From an uncultured Thermoleophilaceae bacterium (GTDB lineage Bacteria; Actinomycetota; Thermoleophilia; Solirubrobacterales; Thermoleophilaceae): DNA of 40,000 nucleotides. Where the stretch lies: assembly GCA_963808545.1 (NCBI GenBank), contig CAWEGB010000008.1, positions 539,388 through 579,387 on the forward strand, written 5' to 3'. Position 1 is the first letter of the stretch. The number at the start of each line of letters is the position of its first letter. Positions 25,473 to 32,676 of the stretch are shown piece by piece. Made by a program: the position numbers and the translations under genes. The notes beneath the pieces are model-generated. The model was not told the DNA's origin. It was given only the letters and a program-made list of their open reading frames with translations, and searched no databases.

Positions 25473-25584
25473 CCGCGCGCCGGAGCATACCCAGCCGAGG
25501 ACGGTGACCCGCTCTGCGCCGGACCGCTACGCCGCGCTAGACTCGCGCCCCCCTCACGCAGACCCGAGAGAGAGGTGCGCACAC

Positions 25585-26097
25585 ATGGCCAAGACCCTGT
25601 CCGTCGGAGAGTCACTGGTGGGTGACGGCAACGAGGTCGCTCACATCGATCTGTTGATCGGATCCAAGGATGGGCCGGTCGGCGAGGCGTTCGCCGGCGC
25701 TCTCCTGAACCAGAAGGAAGGCCACACGAACCTGCTCGCCGTGGTCGCGCCGAACCTCCCGGCCAAGCCCGACACGATCATGGCCAACAAGGTGACGATC
25801 AAGGGTGAGAAGCAGGTGGGGCAGATGTTCGGGCCCGCCCAGGCGGCGGTGGCACGAGCCGTCGTCGACTCGGTGCGTGACGGTGTGATCTCGGAGGCGG
25901 AGGCCGACGATCTCTGCATCATCGTCGGCGTCTTCATCCACTGGCTGGCCGAGGACGACAAGAAAGTCTTCGACTGGAACTACCAGGCGACGAAGGAGTC
26001 AATCGCGCGCGCGATGGCCGGCGAGCCCGCCGCGGGGACCGTGGCCGAGCAGGCGGCCGAGGCGCGCCACCCGTTCGCCGGGGGCGTGGAGGTCTAG
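25585..26097 (+). CDS. fae: Formaldehyde-activating enzyme (5,6,7,8-tetrahydromethanopterin hydro-lyase)
   Basis: 170 codons from ATG 25585, preceded by GAGAGAGAGG. ..[45 protein letters not shown].. is unmistakably Fae. The upstream part of the 353-aa track ORF is antisense to fhcB. Confidence 0.93.
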   Translation: MAKTLSVGESLVGDGNEVAHIDLLIGSKDGPVGEAFAGALLNQKEGHTNLLAVVAPNLPAKPDTIMANKVTIKGEKQVGQMFGPAQAAVARAVVDSVRDGVISEAEADDLCIIVGVFIHWLAEDDKKVFDWNYQATKESIARAMAGEPAAGTVAEQAAEARHPFAGGVEV

Positions 26098-26124
26098 CCG
26101 GACGCCGGGCCGCAGGCCCAGGCC

Positions 26125-26988
26125 GTGAAGAAGGTTCTCCTACAGCTCGACACCGATCAACACCCGAGCCCGTTCGACGCCATCGTGGCCCAGGACGCGG
26201 GGGTTGATGTCCTGCTCAGCCACGGCAGCGTGGCTCCGGAGGCGGTGCGCGGGCTTGTGCAGGGAGCCTTCTTTACACGCGCCCCCGGTGACTCCTCGAT
26301 GGCCGTGTGGGTCGGCGGCTCTGACGTGGCGGACGGCGAGAAGCTTCTCGACGAGGTGCAGGCTTCGTACTTCGGCCCATTCCGCCTGTCGACGATGCTC
26401 GACTCCGACGGCTGCAACACGACGGCGGCCACCGCCATCGCGCTACTCGCAAAGGATCGCGACCTGGGCGGCCGCCGCGCGGTGATCTTGGGGCTGGGAC
26501 CTGTCGGGCTGCGCTCCGCGGCGCTCCTGATCCAGGAGGGCTGCGAGGTACTTGCGGTGACGATCCCGGCCGACGTCCTGGGCACGGACTCCTACCGTCG
26601 GCCGCGGGGCTTCGCGGTCGCCGAGCGACTCGGAATCTACGCTCGCGAGGTGGCCGACCGGGCAGAGATGGAGGCGGCGCTTGAGGAGGCGAACATCGTC
26701 GTGGCCGCGGGGCCTGCCGGCGTGCAGCTGCTGGGGAAGGAGGTGTGGAGCGCCAATCCCACCATCGAGCTGCTGGTCGACTACAACGCGGCCGACCCGC
26801 TCGGGGTCGAGGGCATCGAGGCCGGGGACGTCCTCGTCGAGCGGGAGGAGAAGCTGGTTATCGGCGCGCTGGGCGTCGGCGGCTGGAAGATGAAGACGCA
26901 CAAGGCCTGCGTGCGCCAGCTCTTCGAGCGTAACGACCTCGTGCTCAACGCCGATGGCGTCTACGCCGTGGCCCAAGAGATCGTCTGA
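26125..26988 (+). CDS. mtdB: NAD(P)-dependent methylene-tetrahydromethanopterin dehydrogenase, MtdA/MtdB family
   Basis: 287-aa ORF with a GTG start. MKKVLLQLDTDQHPSPFD.. and a Rossmann segment AVILGLGPVGLRSA match the Mtd family. MtdA and MtdB cannot be separated by eye. Confidence 0.85.
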   Translation: MKKVLLQLDTDQHPSPFDAIVAQDAGVDVLLSHGSVAPEAVRGLVQGAFFTRAPGDSSMAVWVGGSDVADGEKLLDEVQASYFGPFRLSTMLDSDGCNTTAATAIALLAKDRDLGGRRAVILGLGPVGLRSAALLIQEGCEVLAVTIPADVLGTDSYRRPRGFAVAERLGIYAREVADRAEMEAALEEANIVVAAGPAGVQLLGKEVWSANPTIELLVDYNAADPLGVEGIEAGDVLVEREEKLVIGALGVGGWKMKTHKACVRQLFERNDLVLNADGVYAVAQEIV

Positions 26989-27007
26989 GTCGACGCCCGG
27001 TCCGCGG

Positions 27008-28084
27008 GTGGCCGGCGTCGACCCCGGGACCGTGTCCATCGACGTGTGCGCGCTCGACGGCGGAGAGGTGCTGCTCGACGAGAGCTTCCGGTCGGCCGAT
27101 CTGGCGCTCGACCCGGCACCGCTCGTCGATGCTCTCGTTGCCCACCGCCCCTTCGACCTCGTGCTCGGTCCCGCCGGCTACGGGCTGCCGCTCGTTCCGG
27201 GCGAGCGGGTCGGTGAGCGCGAGTTGGCCCTCATGCTGCTCCTGCGGAGCGATCAAGCAGGCGCGCGCGCCGGCATCGGCGGCATGCGCGCGATGATCCG
27301 CGCGCTCATCGGCGCCGGGCTGCCACTTGTCTTCGGCCCGGGAGCGATCCACCTGCCTACGGTCCCGGAGTACCGCAAGTGGAACCGCATCGACCTCGGG
27401 ACCGCGGACAAGGTCGCCAGCGCGGCGCTGTGCATCGTGGACCAGGCCAGCCGGCTTGGTCTGGCCTACGAGGAGACCTCATTCATCATGCTCGAGCTCG
27501 GCGGCGCCTTCAGCGCCGCGCTCGCGATCGAGCGCGGGCGGATCGTTGACGGGCTCGGCGGCTCCTGCGCCCCAATCGGGGCTCGCTCATGCGGGGCGCT
27601 CGACGCGGAGGCGGCCTACCTGCTGGGCGCGGGACTGTCCAAGGAGACCGTCTTCAGCGGCGGGGCGCTCGACCCGCGCGGGGACCTAGACCTTTCGGCG
27701 CCCGGGGCGCTCGAGGCGTTGCGCGGCGATCCCCGTCACCGCGACGGATGGCTCGCTCTCGAGGAGGGCGCGGTGAAGGCTGCGCTCGCCCTGACGGTCT
27801 CGGTTTCCGCGCCGCGCGAGATCCTCGTCGCCGGCCGCCTGGCGGGCGCTCCCGGCCTGCTCGACGCGCTGACCGAACGGCTCGCCGGTGTGGCAACCGT
27901 CCGCGCCGCCAACGGGCTGGGCACGCGCGCCAAGACGGCAGCGGAGGGCGCGGCGCTGCTCGCGGACGGCCTGGCCGGGGGGCGCTACGCACCGCTCGTC
28001 GAGCTGCTGCGCCTGAGCGAGGCGAGCGGCACCGCGCTGGACCACCTGCGCATGCACGGCGCCGGGAGCATCCGCCTTGCCTAG
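27008..28084 (+). CDS. ASKHA-fold protein, DUF1464/butyrate-kinase-like
   Basis: About 358 codons from GTG 27008 (the track ORF starts at 26954, inside the mtd 3' end). VAGVDPGTVSIDVCAL.. phosphate-1-like motif, ..LELGGAFSAALAIERGRIVDG... Family call is from pattern memory only. Confidence 0.55.
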   Translation: MAGVDPGTVSIDVCALDGGEVLLDESFRSADLALDPAPLVDALVAHRPFDLVLGPAGYGLPLVPGERVGERELALMLLLRSDQAGARAGIGGMRAMIRALIGAGLPLVFGPGAIHLPTVPEYRKWNRIDLGTADKVASAALCIVDQASRLGLAYEETSFIMLELGGAFSAALAIERGRIVDGLGGSCAPIGARSCGALDAEAAYLLGAGLSKETVFSGGALDPRGDLDLSAPGALEALRGDPRHRDGWLALEEGAVKAALALTVSVSAPREILVAGRLAGAPGLLDALTERLAGVATVRAANGLGTRAKTAAEGAALLADGLAGGRYAPLVELLRLSEASGTALDHLRMHGAGSIRLA

Positions 28085-29447
28085 CCTCTTCCAGGTGCAA
28101 CCCGACCTCGGCCCCGCCGGCGGGGAATTCACCACCCAAGGCCCGACCGGCACGCCGGTGACGTCGATCCGCGTGCTCTACCCCGATCTCCACGGCATCG
28201 CCCGCGGCAAGGAAGTCCCTATCGCGCAGTTCGACGACGTCATCGAGAAGGGTCTGTGCTTCTGCGCGGCGGTGATGGGCACCGACCTGCGCCACACGCC
28301 CGTGGTCGGCCGCGACGAAGGCTATCCGGACTTCATCGCCCGTCCCGACACGTCGACTATGACGACGCTCCCCTGGGAGCCGGGGGTGGCGAGCTGCCTG
28401 GCGAATCTCGAGCCGGCCGCCGGAGGAGCGCCCATCCCGGACCCGCGCGGGAGGCTGCGCCAGGCCGTGGAGAACCTGAGGGCGATCGGTTTGGACCCGA
28501 TCGTCGGCCCTGAGCTCGAGTTCTTCCTGGTCCAGCTCGATTCGGCCGAAGCAAACGGCATCCGGCGGCGCGTCGACCAACCGAGCATGGTCTACACGGT
28601 CGGGGCACAGGCGGATCCCGATGGCATCGTGCGGGGCATGACCGAGGGGTTGACGCAGCTTGGGGTGGAGGTACTCGCCTTCAACCACGAGTTCATGAAC
28701 AGCCAGTACGAGATCAACCTGCGCCACACCGATGCGCTGCAGGCCGCCGATCGAGCGTTCCGCCTGAAGTCGGCCGTCAAGGACATCGCGGTGCAGCACG
28801 GCGTCGTGGCCACGTTCATGGGTAAGCCCTTCAACGACCAGGGTGGCTCGGGCACCCATCTCCACGTCTCACTGAACCGGGGCGAGCGCAACGCGTTCGA
28901 CGCGCCGGGGCAGGAGGACGGCGTCAGCGCCGAGTTGCGCGCGTTCACGGCCGGCGCGCTCGCCCACTCCGCCGGGCTGATGGCGGTCCTCAACCCCACC
29001 ATCAACGCCTACCGGCGGATCCGGCCTGACTCGCTGGCGCCCACGCACGCGAACTGGGGCTGGGACAACCGGGGTACGTTCATCCGCATCCCGCCGGAGC
29101 GCGGCGGCGCCACGCGCATCGAGATCCGGGTCGCCGACGGCGCCGCGAACCCGTATCTGGCGATCGCCGCAGTGCTGGCCGCCGGTGCGCACGGCGTGCG
29201 AGAGGGCCTGACCCCGCCCCCGCCCGTCGACGGCGACGCATACCGCGCGGACCGGGAGCTGATCGGCCCGCCGCTGCCCGCCTCCCTGGACGCCGCCCTC
29301 GAAGCGCTCGAGCGCGACGCCGTCCTGTGCCGAGCGCTCGGCCCGCAGATCATCAATACGTTCCTGGCGGTCAAGCGCTTCGAGATCGAGCGCCACCGCG
29401 CCTGGGTCTCGGATTGGGAGATCGCCGAGTACCTGCATCACCTCTGA
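28077..29447 (+). CDS. Glutamine-synthetase-family gamma-glutamyl ligase (GlnA3/PuuA/GmaS-like)
   Basis: 456-aa ORF. TTG 28077 overlaps the previous stop by 8 nt (alternative GTG 28095). GS catalytic-domain motifs present: ..GPELEFFL.., ..NHEFMNSQYEINL.., ..KPFNDQGGSGTHLHVSL.., ..NAYRRI... The amine substrate cannot be inferred. Confidence 0.8.
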   Translation: MPSLFQVQPDLGPAGGEFTTQGPTGTPVTSIRVLYPDLHGIARGKEVPIAQFDDVIEKGLCFCAAVMGTDLRHTPVVGRDEGYPDFIARPDTSTMTTLPWEPGVASCLANLEPAAGGAPIPDPRGRLRQAVENLRAIGLDPIVGPELEFFLVQLDSAEANGIRRRVDQPSMVYTVGAQADPDGIVRGMTEGLTQLGVEVLAFNHEFMNSQYEINLRHTDALQAADRAFRLKSAVKDIAVQHGVVATFMGKPFNDQGGSGTHLHVSLNRGERNAFDAPGQEDGVSAELRAFTAGALAHSAGLMAVLNPTINAYRRIRPDSLAPTHANWGWDNRGTFIRIPPERGGATRIEIRVADGAANPYLAIAAVLAAGAHGVREGLTPPPPVDGDAYRADRELIGPPLPASLDAALEALERDAVLCRALGPQIINTFLAVKRFEIERHRAWVSDWEIAEYLHHL

Positions 29448-29751
29448 CCCGGAGCCCCAGCCATGTCGCAGACCACCGAGTTCACCGACCTCGACGCGGT
29501 ACGAGGACACCGCCGCGTTCACCGCGGTGTGGACGTCTCAGCTCGAGCTGCGCAATACGCTCTGACGCCGGTCGCCTCGACTCTCGGGCGCTGGCGCCAT
29601 TCAGCGGCGAGCTGACTCAGCGAGCGCTGAGCAGCAGGCCGGCTGACGCAAGTGCGCAGCTCTTGCGGCAGGCGCGCCTCTCTTCCCTGTGCCTGCGCAG
29701 AATTGACCGCCGGATTTGCCTCGCGGCCCACTCGATATCGTTGGTTGCGCC

Positions 29752-30759
29752 ATGACCCAGCCAACTACGCGGGACCGCGTGGATGTCCAGGCGCGTCGAC
29801 CCGCCACCCACCTGAGCCTCTCTCGAGTGGGCGTGACGGGCGTCGAGAAGGTCGTCCGCGTCCGCTCGAACGGGATTGAGCAGCTCTTCTACGCGGAGCT
29901 CGAGTGCTTCGTCGAATTGGGCCCCGAGCAAAAGGGGGCTCACATGTCGCGCTTCGAGGAGATCGTGAACGAAGCGATCGACGAGGTCATCCTCGGCGAG
30001 GCCTTCAAGGCGGAGACGCTGGCGTCGCACATCGCCGAGCGCGTACGCGACCGCCAGGACGGCCGGCGCGCCGAGGTCGCGATCGCCGCCAGGTACCCGG
30101 AGCACAAGCAGACCCCGGTGTCGGGTCTGCCAACACAGGAGATCTACACCCTCTTCGGCTCGGCGGTGGCGTCGGCGCGCGGGACCCGCCGCCTCGTCGG
30201 AGTCGAGGCGCAGGGCATGACGGCGTGCCCGTGCGCGCAGGAGCTTGTGATGGAGCGCTCACAGGAGCGCCTGCGCGAGGGCGGCTTTACAGGCGACGAG
30301 ATCGCGCGCGTGTTCGAGTCGGTGCCAGTGGCCACGCACAATCAGCGCGGCATCGGGACCCTCCACATCGGCTGCCCCGAGAGCGTCAGCGAGGCGCTCG
30401 AGGCAGAGTCACTGCTCGAGATCGTCGAGACCGCGATGAGCTCCGAGATCTACGCGCTGATGAAGCGCTCGGATGAGGTCGAGGTGGTCGAGAAGGCGCA
30501 CCTGCGGCCGCGCTTCGTGGAGGACTGCGTGCGCGAGATGATCCGCATGGCCATTGAGCGCTTCGGCGCGCTCGATGCGGGCACCTTCGTCTCGGCTCGC
30601 CAGGAGAACCTCGAGACGATCCACAAGCACAACGTGGTCGCCGAGCGCTATGGGTTGCTGGGCGATCTGCGCCAAGAAGTCGGCTTCAGCGAGCAGGTGC
30701 GCCACCACGTGACGAAGCGTGAGTGGCTCGAGGACGCTCCGAGCCCCGAGCGCCTTTGA
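29752..30759 (+). CDS. GTP cyclohydrolase of the FolE2/MptA (DUF198) family
   Basis: 335 codons from ATG 29752. ..KGAHMSRF.., ..QGMTACPCAQEL.. and ..ATHNQRG.. match the type IB / MptA family. Preceded by a 304-bp untranslated gap. Confidence 0.85.
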   Translation: MTQPTTRDRVDVQARRPATHLSLSRVGVTGVEKVVRVRSNGIEQLFYAELECFVELGPEQKGAHMSRFEEIVNEAIDEVILGEAFKAETLASHIAERVRDRQDGRRAEVAIAARYPEHKQTPVSGLPTQEIYTLFGSAVASARGTRRLVGVEAQGMTACPCAQELVMERSQERLREGGFTGDEIARVFESVPVATHNQRGIGTLHIGCPESVSEALEAESLLEIVETAMSSEIYALMKRSDEVEVVEKAHLRPRFVEDCVREMIRMAIERFGALDAGTFVSARQENLETIHKHNVVAERYGLLGDLRQEVGFSEQVRHHVTKREWLEDAPSPERL

Positions 30760-30894
30760 CCAGGGTCTCGCCGAGGCTCAGACTCGACGCTCGACCCCGC
30801 GGCCGTCGCCCGTCAACCCGCACTCTGCCTAATGGCTCGTTTTGCGGCGGTTCTCGGCCGCTCGTGCCCGCTCGAGCCGGCCCTTCACACGGCG

Positions 30895-30943
30895 GAGCAC
30901 GACTCATATCGTGAGGTCGGTGGTTCGAATCCACCCGGAGCTA
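30895..30943 (+). pseudogene. tRNA-Met(CAU)-like 3' fragment (anticodon-arm-like hairpin, variable loop, T-arm, 3' acceptor strand); no matching 5' half
   Basis: Canonical T-arm GGTGG-TTCGAAT-CCACC at 30919-30935, preceded by AGGTC. A CACGA/TCGTG hairpin carries CTCATA, a 6-nt loop one nt short of canonical. The 3' strand is CGGAGCT. I found no complementary AGCTCCG or D-arm at the expected distance upstream. Confidence 0.5.
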
Positions 30944-31716
30944 TGCCAGTTCCGCAGCGAAAGCGGTTTGTCGCGATCGTCGCAAGATGTCGAGCCGCAG
31001 CCCATCTTGTCGTGCGCTCGTCGACACGCTGCTCTTCCACGTGCAGAGCGGGAACGGACTCCGCGCCGCACGCCTGATTAACCCCTTCGAGGGTCCACCA
31101 CGGGTCCACAACGGAGCCCACTCGCGGCGAAGCGCGGAGTGCGCCGCACAACCGCAATCCGTGCAACCGATGAGGATGCGGACTTAAGCTTTCGGCTGGC
31201 CCGCCGGCGCCGGCACCCACCATGATCAAGCGCTCATCGTTGCCGCCGGCAAGACGTCCAGCGCGCTGGGGGCCGCCGAGTTCCGCCCAGGCATCCACTG
31301 GCGGATCATCCCCGAGGCCGCGGGCGCCCGAGCTTGGCGCCGCTTGGCGACAGGCGGCACGGCCCATAGAACCGGTGACGCGGCGCCACAGCGCCCACGA
31401 CCGTCGGCGGCCAGACGATGACCCACGTAATCAGTGGGCGCACCGGTCCGAGCCGCGCGAACGCGTCGGCGTAGGCGAGTTGCGTGCGCGAGCCCTCTGG
31501 GTGGCCATCGGCCACCGAGTTGCAGCCACACTGCGATGGCACGCCGATTATCCGCTCGCTGCTGCGCCTCAGTGGCGGATCCCGCTCTCAAGCGGCACGA
31601 GGACGCACATCACGGTCCTACTCGTGGGGTCGACGTCCACCTCGCCTCTACACCCGCGCCCACTCAGGGCAACCAGGGATGCGACGGCCGGGCGGTCTGG
31701 GGGCGCATATCATTAT

Positions 31717-32550
31717 TCATGGAGCCACGCCTCGCACCGAGTCGCCGTGGGCGACAAGCACCTCGAGGAGCTGCTCGAAGCGGCGTCGGACCGTGCCGTC
31801 GAGGAAGGCGCGACGCTCTTCGGGTGGCATGCGCACGCTCTCCTTCCACAGTGATCGGCCGGCGATAAAGCCTGCAGCGCCGCCCCCTACCGACGCGGTG
31901 AGCTGGTCGCAGAATTCCTCGTGATCCACGCCGGCCGACAGCACGGCCCACGGCGTGGAGATCGCCGAGGACACTGCCTCGCAGGCGGCGAGCGAGCCCG
32001 GGTACTCGAGCTTGAGCAGCTTTGCGCCGCACTCCGCGAGGAAGACCGCGCTGTCTCGGATGAGATCTCCCCGCCGAGCCGCGAACGCCGCCGGCGTCTC
32101 GTCATCCAGGCGGTAGGTCATCGCCTCGATGACGCACAGGAGGTGCTCCCTGCCGCAGTCCTCGAGCGCCGCACGGACCAACTGCGCCGTGTAGCCGTCG
32201 AGGTCCTCACGATCCGGCCGGACGAAGACCATGACCTTGGCCGCCGTTGCGCCGCGTTCACGTGCCCCCGCCGCGCCGAGGCCGTCGATCAACCGCGACC
32301 GGCGCAGCCCGCCGACGGTGTCGAAGCCGTCAGACTCGATCCTGACGAGGAGCCCCACATCGCGGGCCAGCGCCCGGCGCTCGACGATGTCCACCACCGA
32401 AACGTCGGGGTCGAGGAGCACCGCGCTCGCCTCGCGCCCTACGGTGTCGACGATGTCGTACTTGATCGCGCGCTGCGCCTCGGCGTCGGCGGAAAGCCCG
32501 GCTGCCTCGAGCATCTCGACGAGCGGGTCGCCGTGGTCGACGGCGATCAC
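31717..32550 (-). CDS. Class I aldolase, tagatose-1,6-bisphosphate aldolase (LacD)/DeoC-like
   Basis: 277-aa ORF from GTG 32550. ..VIAVDHG.., ..AAKVMVFV.., ..KLLKLEYPG.., ..WAVLSAGV.. are LacD-like. The conserved-looking N-terminal region continues upstream in frame without a canonical start codon. Confidence 0.7.
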   Translation of the reverse strand: MIAVDHGDPLVEMLEAAGLSADAEAQRAIKYDIVDTVGREASAVLLDPDVSVVDIVERRALARDVGLLVRIESDGFDTVGGLRRSRLIDGLGAAGARERGATAAKVMVFVRPDREDLDGYTAQLVRAALEDCGREHLLCVIEAMTYRLDDETPAAFAARRGDLIRDSAVFLAECGAKLLKLEYPGSLAACEAVSSAISTPWAVLSAGVDHEEFCDQLTASVGGGAAGFIAGRSLWKESVRMPPEERRAFLDGTVRRRFEQLLEVLVAHGDSVRGVAP

Positions 32551-32676
32551 GGAGAGCCGTCCGCTGGAGTCGGCGATCCGCGCCAGCGCGCCGATCTCGG
32601 CTGTCGTGAGGGCAGCGGTGATCGAGGCAGCATCGCAACTTTGTGCTGAAAGAATGCGCGGGAGGTGACCGCGAGG

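Noticed and set aside
25473-25584. Divergent fhcB/fae promoter region with a TAGACT hexamer (25538-25543) as a possible -10 for fae.
   Set aside because: TANNNT-like hexamers occur by chance, there is no convincing -35 element, and there are no TSS data. This is too weak to list as a feature.
27654-28865. 403-aa minus-strand ORF.
   Set aside because: It is antisense to the DUF1464-like and GS-like genes. The C-terminal half is Arg/Pro/Gly low complexity.
28077-29447. Calling the GS-like gene gmaS (gamma-glutamylmethylamide synthetase) and inferring methylamine utilisation.
   Set aside because: No N-methylglutamate synthase or dehydrogenase genes are in the window, and GS-family subtypes cannot be told apart by eye. 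It is left as a generic gamma-glutamyl ligase.
29463-29615. 50-codon sORF (MSQTTEFTDLDAVRGHRRVH...) in the spacer upstream of the FolE2/MptA-like gene.
   Set aside because: It has no ribosome-binding site, an Arg-rich shadow-like composition and no recognisable family. It is more likely non-coding.
30872-30946. A complete functional tRNA-Met gene.
   Set aside because: Only the 3' portion fits a cloverleaf. The anticodon loop is 6 nt, there is no D-arm, and there is no 5' acceptor strand complementary to CGAGCT-type 3' strand CGGAGCT at the required spacing. It is kept only as a fragment or pseudo-tRNA.
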